A DNA stretch of 63,203 nt from a virus (IMGVR_UViG_3300027969_000101:1-63203); one strand, 5' to 3'; shown: positions 7,272-15,057, numbered from the stretch's first letter. A program made the numbers and translations. The notes: generated by a model from the sequence alone, not told the origin.

Positions 7272-7336
7272 ACTCCTTATATGACAGTTGAACACAGTCA
7301 TATAAGGGAAGGACAGTGTTCAACCTGTCCGAGAGT
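7272..7336 (+). ncRNA. Kissing-loop double hairpin RNA
   Basis: Loop GTTGAACA is the exact complement of second loop TGTTCAAC. Confidence 0.6.
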
Positions 7337-7338
7337 TT

Positions 7339-7467
7339 TAGGATACTAACAGCAAATTAAAATTCGCCTTCTAAGCGAGTGGTCGTTGGTTCGAGTCCAA
7401 CATTTGATCAAGCCTAAAAAGCAGTCAAATTAGCTCAGTTGGTAGAGCACTTAAAAAATGTATCCTG
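7339..7467 (+). ncRNA. ACAGCAA-stem RNA copy 3 carrying circularly permuted tRNA-Arg(TCT) (YrlA-like)
   Basis: TAGGATAC/GTATCCTG stem; order anticodon arm, T arm, loop-closed acceptor stem, D arm. Confidence 0.85.
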
Positions 7468-7477
7468 TTTTTATTGT

Positions 7478-7551
7478 TGGGGCATTGTGTAATGGTAGCA
7501 CAACAGACTTTGACTCTGTTAGTTTAGGTTCGATCCCTAATGCCCCTGCCA
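7478..7551 (+). tRNA. tRNA-Gln(TTG)
   Basis: ACAGA-CTTTGAC-TCTGT, CCA. Confidence 0.92.
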
Positions 7552-7560
7552 AGTTTCTAT

Positions 7561-7636
7561 GGTGTCTTTAGTGTAGTGGCCTGCACCCTGCTCTGTGAAA
7601 GCGGTAGTACCGGATCGATACCGGTAAGGCACCCCA
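7561..7636 (+). tRNA. tRNA-His(GTG)
   Basis: G-1:C73 8-bp acceptor stem, CTGTGAA loop. Confidence 0.88.
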
Positions 7637-7654
7637 ATTTTTAAGGAGAGTATC

Positions 7655-8122
7655 ATGCCGTGGATTGAAAATGTAGCAGCCAGTGATATCCCAATTGGAT
7701 TTCATCACGATGCTGGCCCTAACAGTATGCTGATCAGCATTGTTGATCCGGCAAGTTGGCGACCTGAAGCCAAGCATGAATTCAAAGAGCGTCACAACTT
7801 TGAGTTCTTGGATGTAGAAGAAAAGGACGAAGTTTTAGAAGAAGCTATGAAGTGTAGTCATGAGCAGGCCGCAGAGCTTGTTCGATTGTTACAACACGCA
7901 TTAGACTGTCGTATGAATGTGGTAGTTCACTGCTACGCTGGTATTTGCAGATCGGGTGCGGTTTGTGAGGTTGGAGTCATGATGGGCTTCAATGATACTG
8001 AGCGTTTTCGTAGTCCAAATCTCTTGGTTAAGCATCGCATGATGAAGCATTTGGGTTGGACTTACGATGCGGATGAAAAGCCAAATATTGATGATTGGCG
8101 CACTTTTAGGCCGGTTGATTGA
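7655..8122 (+). CDS. Protein tyrosine/dual-specificity phosphatase-like protein
   Basis: VHCYAGICRS = HCxxGxxRS catalytic loop. Confidence 0.8.
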   Translation: MPWIENVAASDIPIGFHHDAGPNSMLISIVDPASWRPEAKHEFKERHNFEFLDVEEKDEVLEEAMKCSHEQAAELVRLLQHALDCRMNVVVHCYAGICRSGAVCEVGVMMGFNDTERFRSPNLLVKHRMMKHLGWTYDADEKPNIDDWRTFRPVD

Positions 8123-8176
8123 CAGTGTTGCCTGTTTAATGTATAATACTTGTATACTAACAAGCAAGGATATACT

Positions 8177-8350
8177 ATGGCCGGCAAAGCAAAATCAATC
8201 TACTTGACCATTAATCCAAAAGGTAGTTTTACTTCGGTTTTCAAAAAAATGTTCTTTGAAGCTAAATCTTACAATGAATATGTTAAAACAGACGAGTTCA
8301 AAGCCAAGTGGCCTATTACTGAATATGATATTGTGAAAGAAACATACTAA
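8177..8350 (+). CDS. Hypothetical protein
   Basis: TTGACA..TATAAT promoter and AAGGA RBS upstream. Confidence 0.6.
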   Translation: MAGKAKSIYLTINPKGSFTSVFKKMFFEAKSYNEYVKTDEFKAKWPITEYDIVKETY

Positions 8351-8526
8351 TGAAGATTAAATTTGATAAAGAAACTATGCCTGACGAACTGTACAATGCA
8401 CTACTACAGCATTTTGTAAATGAAGCAGTTGGGCTAGGGGTAGAAGTTAATAAGTTTACCCAATTTAATAATTGGATTATTGAATGTACTATAGACGCTA
8501 AAGAAGCAGTTCACTAAGGAATTATT

Positions 8527-8859
8527 ATGAATGACATTATAACACAAGGTCGTGTCATCCGAGATGGCCGAGTAGCGGTACTTTACAGTCCGGGATTTGG
8601 CGCTGGTTGGAGCACATGGGCACATAGTGGCGAAGGTAAAGATTTAGTATTTGATCCAGTCATAGTTGGATATGTGGAACGCGGTGCTAAGGCTGAATTA
8701 GCGACCTACATGGAAATGCGTTATCCAAATGTCTACACTGGCGGTATGGACGATCTAGTAATTGAATGGGTTCCTGTTGGAACACTATTCAAGGTTAATG
8801 AGTATGACGGTAGCGAATCAATCGAGCTAAAAGAAGCCGATCAATGGATGGTAGCATAA
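8527..8859 (+). CDS. Conserved phage hypothetical protein
   Basis: VAVLYSPGFGAGWSTW...EYDGSE motif. Confidence 0.7.
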   Translation: MNDIITQGRVIRDGRVAVLYSPGFGAGWSTWAHSGEGKDLVFDPVIVGYVERGAKAELATYMEMRYPNVYTGGMDDLVIEWVPVGTLFKVNEYDGSESIELKEADQWMVA

Positions 8860-8879
8860 CATAAAGAAAGGAGGGCAAG

Positions 8880-9485
8880 ATGCCTAGTGTATTTTTAGTA
8901 AGCGACACACACTTTGGACACACAGGTGTCTGCCGCTTCACACGTAACGACGGTTTTACAAAATTAAGGCCATGGACCGATCCAGATGAAATGGACGAGG
9001 CAATGGTCAAAGCCTGGAACGAACGGGTAAAGCCCACTGACAAGGTCTATCACTTAGGTGACGTTGTAATTAATCGTAAGGCTTTAGGTATTTTACGTAG
9101 GTTAAACGGAGACAAAGTTTTAATTCGTGGTAACCACGATATCTTTAAAGACGAGGACTATCGTGCTCACTTTAGAGAACTTAGGGCTTATCACGTTATG
9201 AACGGTATGATATTAAGTCATATTCCGTTACACAGTGACAGCTTAGGTCGGTTTGGTGTTAACATCCACGGACACTTACACGCAAATCGTGTTAAGAAAG
9301 CTCGGGGTGTTGATGCTAAGACCGGGGAAGTCTTATACAGCGATGAAATCGATCCTCGATATCATTGTGTATGCGTGGAACAAACTCCAGACTTTGCTCC
9401 TATCTTATTTGAAGACGTATTAAAGCGTATTGAAGAAGAAGGTGGTAGCGTTGGATTTAAGTCCGGCAACGGTCCTACTATGTAA
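8880..9485 (+). CDS. Calcineurin-like metallophosphoesterase
   Basis: SDTHFGH, HLGD, GNHD, HGHLH motifs. Confidence 0.9.
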   Translation: MPSVFLVSDTHFGHTGVCRFTRNDGFTKLRPWTDPDEMDEAMVKAWNERVKPTDKVYHLGDVVINRKALGILRRLNGDKVLIRGNHDIFKDEDYRAHFRELRAYHVMNGMILSHIPLHSDSLGRFGVNIHGHLHANRVKKARGVDAKTGEVLYSDEIDPRYHCVCVEQTPDFAPILFEDVLKRIEEEGGSVGFKSGNGPTM

Positions 9486-9536
9486 GAACAGACCCCCGCT
9501 TTACAAGTTGTGCGGTGAACAACTTGTACTAATTTT

Positions 9537-9612
9537 GCCGCTTTAGCAAATGTGGTCATTGCACCGGTTTGAAGCACCGAGGAATGAGGTTCGATCCCTC
9601 AAGGCGGCACCA
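9537..9612 (+). tRNA. tRNA-Phe(GAA)
   Basis: TTGAAGC loop (G37), CCA. Confidence 0.8.
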
Positions 9613-9774
9613 AGTTTCAAGATAGACGTGGGGATAGAGTCCCGGCAGTCCTAGCATAGTGGCTCAGCTATGTGACAGCGCAAGAACGGACACGCTCGGT
9701 AGACATAAACTCTCCCTTACGAGACAATCCAATGAGTCCCATAAACGGATAGTTGGGCACTTGAAAACCTTTAT

Positions 9775-9851
9775 ACCCCACTGGCGCAATTGGTAGACGC
9801 GACTCTCTCAAAAGGAGTGAAGTCCCCGTTCGAGTCGGGGGTGGGGTACCA
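9775..9851 (+). tRNA. tRNA-Leu(CAA) with short variable loop
   Basis: ACTCT-CTCAAAA-GGAGT then 5-nt variable loop. Confidence 0.85.
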
Positions 9852-9852
9852 C

Positions 9853-9926
9853 GCTCTTGTAGGTAAATGGAATACCACTATCTTGGTACGATAGAATTTA
9901 AGGTTCGATTCCTTACTTGAGCACCA
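9853..9926 (+). tRNA. tRNA-Thr(GGT), mismatched acceptor stem
   Basis: CTATC-TTGGTAC-GATAG, CCA. Confidence 0.75.
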
Positions 9927-9927
9927 T

Positions 9928-10002
9928 ACCGCAATAGTCTAAGGGATAGGCAACACTCTTCTAAAGTGTACAATGTAGGTTCGAGTCCTACTTGCGGTGC
10001 CA
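9928..10002 (+). tRNA. tRNA-Arg(TCT)
   Basis: ACACT-CTTCTAA-AGTGT, CCA. Confidence 0.9.
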
Positions 10003-10013
10003 TAAATAGATTA

Positions 10014-10088
10014 CGGGCTTTGGTGAAATGGATATCATTCTGGTCTTCGAAACCAGCGGTGTGGGTTCGATTCCTGCAAGCCCGGCCA
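10014..10088 (+). tRNA. tRNA-Arg(TCG)
   Basis: CTGGT-CTTCGAA-ACCAG, CCA. Confidence 0.9.
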
Positions 10089-10106
10089 AAATAGTTCACA
10101 AATGTG

Positions 10107-10182
10107 TTGACATAGTGCGCTAGATGTTATATAATACGTACATACACTGATAATACAGCAGTATAAACGTTCTTTAAAAATT
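10107..10182 (+). promoter_or_regulatory. Sigma70 promoter followed by rrn-type boxA
   Basis: TTGACA-17-TATAAT (10107-10135); small hairpin then CGTTCTTTAAAAATT (10168-10182). Confidence 0.7.
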
Positions 10183-10195
10183 TAAAAGTTAATTT

Positions 10196-10271
10196 GCTCG
10201 GTTCGTCTATCGGTTTAGGACACCGCCCTTTCACGGCGGGAAGAGGGGTTCAACTCCCCTACCGAGTACCA
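10196..10271 (+). tRNA. tRNA-Glu(TTC)
   Basis: CCGCC-CTTTCAC-GGCGG, CCA. Confidence 0.93.
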
Positions 10272-10438
10272 TTAAATAATAACTGCCAGTGGGTATCGTG
10301 TAGGGACGCTTACACTAGGCGGGCTGGTCGGGCCATCGATCAGTCCTGAGACAACCACAGCAATGGCTTATGAGAGGAAGCACCTCACTCAGAAATTTGC
10401 CCGGCGTCATAGACCGTGACAGTTATTTTTTAATGGTA
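10267..10438 (+). ncRNA. Unassigned structured RNA closed by a long stem
   Basis: TACCATTAAATAATAACTG/CAGTTATTTTTTAATGGTA enclosing GC-rich interior. Confidence 0.5.
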
Positions 10439-10445
10439 AAGTTAC

Positions 10446-10528
10446 GCCCCTTTGGTGGAATTGGTAGACACGCTGGTCTTAGAAGCCAGTGCGCGAGCGT
10501 CCGAGTTCGAGTCTCGGAGGGGGCACCA
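10446..10528 (+). tRNA. tRNA-Leu(TAG)
   Basis: Class II cloverleaf, CTTAGAA loop. Confidence 0.93.
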
Positions 10529-10533
10529 AATAT

Positions 10534-10619
10534 GGAGTAGAAGCATCAATGGTGATGCAGTGGACTGTAAATCCGCCGTCGTAATGGCACGCCTGGTTCG
10601 ATCCCAGGATACTCCACCA
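10534..10619 (+). tRNA. tRNA-Tyr(GTA)
   Basis: CTGTAAA loop, long variable arm, CCA. Confidence 0.88.
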
Positions 10620-10634
10620 AATAAAGGAAAGTAT

Positions 10635-11273
10635 ATGAAGTATACTATAATTGAAGATTGCAGTCCATTTTATGTAAGATTTGCATGGAACGGTATTGAA
10701 GACATAATTGCGCTTGTAGCAAGTTTGAGTACTATTGATACAAGTATACGATTTTCAAATAGTACATACACCCATTACGATTTTAATGCCGATAAAGCTA
10801 ATCAAATTATAAACAATTTACCAATGAAATCAGACTTTGATTTTATGATGAATAGAGTAGGGTTGTTTGTCACTACACCCGGTTCAAAATCAAGTACTCA
10901 CAAAGATGCAACAGATCATCGATTCAGTATCAATTTGCCTATTGAAATATTAGACAATAATTGTGTTACTAGTTGGTATAATGATGAAGAAATTAACGAG
11001 TTTAAACTGTCAGACTCTCACCGTGGGTACAGCCGAGTGTTAAAAAGTATAGATTTAACATCTAAAGTACCATCTAAAACAATGATTGCTCGTCCAAACG
11101 AGTGCATATTGTTTAACACTGATGTATTCCATAACTGGGATAACACACAGTCAATTAATCAAAGAATTGTTTTAACTCTCCGGGTTAATAATCCCGGCAA
11201 AATGTATTTTGATGATGCAAAAAAAATATTATTTGGAAATGTGGCAGAGTCCGGCTTATTGCAACAGTCTTGA
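10635..11273 (+). CDS. 2OG-Fe(II)/cupin-like oxygenase
   Basis: HKD...FNTDVFH...RIVLTLR; AAGGA RBS at ATG 10635; 3' end overlaps tRNA-Ser. Confidence 0.6.
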   Translation: MKYTIIEDCSPFYVRFAWNGIEDIIALVASLSTIDTSIRFSNSTYTHYDFNADKANQIINNLPMKSDFDFMMNRVGLFVTTPGSKSSTHKDATDHRFSINLPIEILDNNCVTSWYNDEEINEFKLSDSHRGYSRVLKSIDLTSKVPSKTMIARPNECILFNTDVFHNWDNTQSINQRIVLTLRVNNPGKMYFDDAKKILFGNVAESGLLQQS

Positions 11274-11324
11274 AAACTGTCGATCAGAAATGGTCCGTGA
11301 GTTCGAATCTCACCGTTTCCGCCA
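11235..11324 (+). tRNA. tRNA-Ser(TGA)
   Basis: Class II cloverleaf, CTTGAAA loop, G73. Confidence 0.93.
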
Positions 11325-11449
11325 AGTTATACTTGCTGAGTAGCTACACTGGAACACCGAAATACTTGTCAATGTCGACTATGTACAAGGACCGGCCAGG
11401 AAGAGTTGGGCTACCGTGAATTCAAGCGTCACAGCGAGTACCTTTTAAT

Positions 11450-11523
11450 GTATCCCTAATGTAATGGCAGCATGACAGTCTCCAAAACTGTTCGTCGGAG
11501 TTCGAGTCTCTGGGGGTACGCCA
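11450..11523 (+). tRNA. tRNA-Trp(CCA)
   Basis: ACAGT-CTCCAAA-ACTGT. Confidence 0.9.
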
Positions 11524-11527
11524 AGTT

Positions 11528-11602
11528 GGTCTCATAGTATATCGGTTAGTATAATGGCCTGTCACGCCGTAGGGACGAGTTCGATTCTCGTTGAGACCGC
11601 CA
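11528..11602 (+). tRNA. tRNA-Asp(GTC)
   Basis: CTGTCAC loop, G73, CCA. Confidence 0.92.
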
Positions 11603-11654
11603 AGTAATTAAAATAGTTGTTGACAACAGCGTATATAGAGAGTATAATAACAGC

Positions 11655-11885
11655 ATGTATAAAGTTATATGTAATGACAAAGAAGTAGAAAGATTTATCA
11701 CCCTAAACGAAGCAATGTTGTTTGCTAAGTTGTTAGGCACTTTTGTAACTATCAAAGGTCCTGATCTCGAAGTAGTTGGCCGATTCGGAGTTGACTCTGT
11801 AGTAGATGGTAAGTGTCCAGACGGAGTTGCTTATGATTGGAATAAAGCTAGCCGAATTGGTCGTGTAAAACGAGAACGAGTTTAA
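11655..11885 (+). CDS. Hypothetical protein
   Basis: Near-leaderless ORF after TTGACA-17-TATAAT promoter. Confidence 0.6.
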   Translation: MYKVICNDKEVERFITLNEAMLFAKLLGTFVTIKGPDLEVVGRFGVDSVVDGKCPDGVAYDWNKASRIGRVKRERV

Positions 11886-11889
11886 AATT

Positions 11890-11974
11890 GCGACTGTGGT
11901 GAAATAGGTAGACACAAGAGACTTAAAATCTCTCGCTGAAGGGCGTGCCGGTTCGATTCCGGCCAGTCGCACCA
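11890..11974 (+). tRNA. tRNA-Leu(TAA)
   Basis: Canonical class II. Confidence 0.95.
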
Positions 11975-11981
11975 AGTATTA

Positions 11982-12069
11982 GGAGAGTTGGCCGAGTGGT
12001 TAAGGCAACGGTTTGCTAAACCGTCGTCCCGAAAGGGGCGCATAGGTTCGAATCCTATACTCTCCGCCA
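11982..12069 (+). tRNA. tRNA-Ser(GCT)
   Basis: Canonical class II. Confidence 0.95.
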
Positions 12070-12089
12070 TTAATTATAAAAGGAAAAAT

Positions 12090-12329
12090 ATGGCCAAGCC
12101 AAATAAAACATTTAAATTGAGCAAGACATCAAAACGTATGATTGCGTTAATGAAAGGCTGTACAGCCGAACAACGTAATCAATTTAAACGTATGATGATT
12201 GATGCTCAAGTATGCAGTGAAATTGTTGTTAAGAGTGCTCCACGTGATAAAAATGCACCACGTGGTGCACCTGGTGTTGCCGGTACTACTGGCAGTCACG
12301 CTTATACAACAACTGCAACAGTAGAATAA
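12090..12329 (+). CDS. Small basic hypothetical protein
   Basis: AAGGA RBS; true start after tRNA-Ser. Confidence 0.6.
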   Translation: MAKPNKTFKLSKTSKRMIALMKGCTAEQRNQFKRMMIDAQVCSEIVVKSAPRDKNAPRGAPGVAGTTGSHAYTTTATVE

Positions 12330-12336
12330 GAATTAT

Positions 12337-12412
12337 TCCGCCTTAGCTCAGTTGGTAGAGTAGATGACTGTTAATCATTTGGTCCCTGGTTCGAGCCCAG
12401 GAGGTGGAGCCA
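12337..12412 (+). tRNA. tRNA-Asn(GTT)
   Basis: Canonical cloverleaf. Confidence 0.95.
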
Positions 12413-12429
12413 AGAAATAAGTAGTATAT

Positions 12430-12505
12430 GGGGGTGTAGCTCAGTTGGGAGAGCGTATGCTTTGCAAGCATAATGTCGTCGGTTCGATCCCGTCCACCTC
12501 CACCA
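12430..12505 (+). tRNA. tRNA-Ala(TGC)
   Basis: Canonical, G3.U70. Confidence 0.95.
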
Positions 12506-12522
12506 AGTTATAGGAGTTTATT

Positions 12523-12684
12523 ATGGCAGGTAAAGGAAGTAAGCCTAGGCCTTTTAATGTGCCTAAGGAAGAGTTTGATAAATCGTTTGAAAATATTTTT
12601 GGTAAGTATGTTCCGCCTTATTTGCGAAACCGTACAGAAAACAATAGAGAAAAATCAACCGACACCAAACACAACGATAAGTAA
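12523..12684 (+). CDS. Small phage protein (MAGKGSKPRP...; not in ORF track)
   Basis: AGGAG RBS, 53 aa. Confidence 0.6.
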   Translation: MAGKGSKPRPFNVPKEEFDKSFENIFGKYVPPYLRNRTENNREKSTDTKHNDK

Positions 12685-12689
12685 CACAT

Positions 12690-12765
12690 GCCGGTTTAGC
12701 TCATTTGGTAGAGCGCCGCTCTTGTAAGGCGGATGTGGTCAGTTCGATTCCGACAACCGGCACCA
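12690..12765 (+). tRNA. tRNA-Thr(TGT)
   Basis: CTTGTAA loop, CCA. Confidence 0.92.
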
Positions 12766-13164
12766 GGTAACCCGTGATCCCGTACACGTAATAAACGGGG
12801 GTGAGGCAATCACCACAGAGAGTGCTAGGTATTCAATGCTATGACCATCCGTCTCCGTTTAGGAGTAGCGGGAACGCATTGGGTCAGGACTAACAACCTG
12901 CCCAGAAGAAGAAAATGTTACGGACAGAGTAACCGCTCAGTCTAGGGCGCATGTGGTGTGCGTAGCTAGACACTTTATTAAAACAAATTTAAATCCGTAA
13001 AAAGATCAGGTTTGGTATCCCAGGAGCTCTTTGACATAGTCATAACTCTTTATACACCTTAGTTTGTTTTAATAAAGTACATTTAACCGATCTATAAGAT
13101 AGGTAGTAAGGACAGGGCACCGGGTGAAACATCCAAAAGCCATAGATGTGCTTTACTAAAATTT

Positions 13165-13238
13165 GCGGGACTAGTTTAATGGTAAAACAGCAGATTTCCA
13201 ATCTTCGGTTAGGAGTTCGATTCTCCTGTCCCGCTCCA
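13165..13238 (+). tRNA. tRNA-Gly(TCC)
   Basis: TTTCCAA loop, U73, CCA. Confidence 0.92.
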
Positions 13239-13258
13239 GAATTTAAAAAGGTCAATAT

Positions 13259-13864
13259 ATGATTTGGTTCGAACCTCCTTCGCAAATGATAGGATGGGGT
13301 TATACAGCACCAAAAGTGCTAGATAACACTATGATTGATTTTGTAACAAGTTATGCCGACGAACATGATTCGTTATTTCAATCAGGTGAAATATGGGATA
13401 AGGGGAATGAACCAGACAATAATATAGAGAAAAGTTATAGACGAAGTAATATCATGTTCTTAACAGATATGGATTATTTTAGAAATTTATACAATCATAT
13501 TATTGAAACAGTATTAAACGTTAACAATACTCACTTTAAGTATGCGTTAAACTATTTAGAACCCCTACAATATTCAGTGTATGAATCAGCTAATCTAGGC
13601 TATTATGATATTCATACTGATAGTTATTTGCGTAATACTAGCGGGTTTATTAGAAAAGTTTCTTTTAGCATTTTATTGGACGATCCGGCAGATTTTGAGG
13701 GTGGGGACTTTTTAGTACACGCAACTCAAGAACCTGTAAAAATAGAAATACAAAAGGGAGATATATTTTTATTTCCATCTTTTGTTCCGCATAGCGTTAC
13801 ACCAGTAACAAAAGGTGTAAGAAGAGCATTAGTAGGTTGGGTTTGCGGACCTAACTTTGTGTAA
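13259..13864 (+). CDS. 2OG-Fe(II) oxygenase (PKHD/prolyl-hydroxylase-like)
   Basis: HTD..RKVSFSILL..FEGG..FPSFVPHSVTPVTKGVRRALVGW. Confidence 0.9.
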   Translation: MIWFEPPSQMIGWGYTAPKVLDNTMIDFVTSYADEHDSLFQSGEIWDKGNEPDNNIEKSYRRSNIMFLTDMDYFRNLYNHIIETVLNVNNTHFKYALNYLEPLQYSVYESANLGYYDIHTDSYLRNTSGFIRKVSFSILLDDPADFEGGDFLVHATQEPVKIEIQKGDIFLFPSFVPHSVTPVTKGVRRALVGWVCGPNFV

Positions 13865-13873
13865 AGAATAATT

Positions 13874-13950
13874 CGGAGTGTAGCGCAGTCTGGTAGCGCA
13901 CCTGGTTTGGGACCAGGGGGTCCAAGGTTCGAATCCTTGTACTCCGACCA
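13874..13950 (+). tRNA. tRNA-Pro(TGG)
   Basis: Canonical. Confidence 0.95.
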
Positions 13951-13965
13951 ATTTAAGGAAACTGT

Positions 13966-14532
13966 ATGAATACAGTAGTTGATCAAAATGATTTATGCCG
14001 TACTTATAATTTCAACGGACTAATAACCCCAGCTGATAAAGTGCTGGCTATAAGCACTATTGATAGTATAATTGATTCTGGCAATTATTTTAAAAACAGT
14101 CCCCCGTATCAAACACAAGAAAATTTATTTGCTAGACCTGAACCTATTTGGTTAAAATATAGAATGACATTTTTAACCAGTGTGTTTTTATATCTAGGGC
14201 ACGAAGCTCGTGTAGCCAACATGATGGCATGGAGTTTTAAAACTAATCTGAGTACTGTAGAAGATCGTGATAGCTATTGGCATCACCATAACAAGCACAG
14301 TGGACAAAGTCTTAGCGGTATCATGTACTTACATATACCCGACGATGTACAAGATAGAGATACATGCGGCACTGAGATGGCACCTAATGGTCCAGAAAGC
14401 GATGGCAAGTTTTTTATTCGCCCAAGTTATTATACTTGGATGATTTATCCGGGTGCGGTTTGGCATAGGCCGGGCATTGTACAAAGTGATCAATATCGCT
14501 ATATACTTGCCGCAGATGTAGATATACAATAA
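13966..14532 (+). CDS. Putative 2OG-Fe(II) oxygenase
   Basis: WHHH..LSGIMYL..IYPGAVWH..RYILA. Confidence 0.65.
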   Translation: MNTVVDQNDLCRTYNFNGLITPADKVLAISTIDSIIDSGNYFKNSPPYQTQENLFARPEPIWLKYRMTFLTSVFLYLGHEARVANMMAWSFKTNLSTVEDRDSYWHHHNKHSGQSLSGIMYLHIPDDVQDRDTCGTEMAPNGPESDGKFFIRPSYYTWMIYPGAVWHRPGIVQSDQYRYILAADVDIQ

Positions 14533-14539
14533 TGAATGA

Positions 14540-14614
14540 CGCGGGGTAGAGAAGTGGCAACTCACGAGTCTCATAAGCTCGAGATCGGCGGTTCGAATCC
14601 GTCCCCCGCAACCA
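14540..14614 (+). tRNA. tRNA-Met(CAT), initiator-like
   Basis: C1.A72 mismatch, CTCATAA loop; lacks the three consecutive G-C anticodon pairs. Confidence 0.88.
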
Positions 14615-14617
14615 ATT

Positions 14618-14692
14618 CTCGCTGTAGTTCAATGGATAGAACAAGGCACTCCTAACGCTTAGATCCAAGTTCGATTCTTGGTGGCGGGGCCA
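14618..14692 (+). tRNA. tRNA-Arg(CCT)
   Basis: CTCCTAA loop, A20, CCA. Confidence 0.82.
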
Positions 14693-14740
14693 GTTGACAA
14701 CTATAACTAATAGTGTTATAATTAAATTTTAAGGACTTAT

Positions 14741-14971
14741 ATGCGTAAACTTTCCGATAGTAGAGGCACACTAATTGACACAGAACAATGTGTTGAAAAT
14801 GTAGGAACTAATAGATTTGATTTAGTTTTAATTGCGGCAAGCCGTTCAAGAGAAATCCGTAGACAACATAAAGAAAGCGAAAAGCGTGAACACATTTTTC
14901 CAATCATAACAGCCTTACAAGAAATTCAAGAAGGCAAGATTGGCAAAGAGTACTTGAGTAGAGTACGTTAA
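14741..14971 (+). CDS. rpoZ: RNA polymerase omega subunit-like protein
   Basis: NRFDLVLIAASRSREI...ITALQEIQEGKI. Confidence 0.8.
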   Translation: MRKLSDSRGTLIDTEQCVENVGTNRFDLVLIAASRSREIRRQHKESEKREHIFPIITALQEIQEGKIGKEYLSRVR

Positions 14972-14978
14972 GAATACT

Positions 14979-15053
14979 GCCTGGTTAGCTCAGGGGTAGA
15001 GCAACGCCTTTACACGGCGAAGGTCCGCGGTTCGAAACCGTGACCAGGTACCA
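14979..15053 (+). tRNA. tRNA-Val(TAC)
   Basis: TTTACAC loop, CCA. Confidence 0.92.
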
Positions 15054-15057
15054 ACAT

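Noticed and set aside
10345-10370. Eighth ACAGCAA element (CCACAGCAATGG)
   Set aside because: Lacks the TAGRAT/ATYCTG stem at the required spacing
10452-10634. N-terminal extension of ORF 10452-11273
   Set aside because: It runs through tRNA-Leu and tRNA-Tyr; the RBS supports ATG 10635
11330-11440. SRP (4.5S) RNA
   Set aside because: CAGG..GAAG fragments are present but the helix-8 GGAA tetraloop/AGCAG motif is absent
5536-14668. Short ORF-track calls overlapping tRNA genes (e.g. 5536, 9878, 11733, 11882, 12473, 13726, 14414)
   Set aside because: Spurious translations of tRNA sequence
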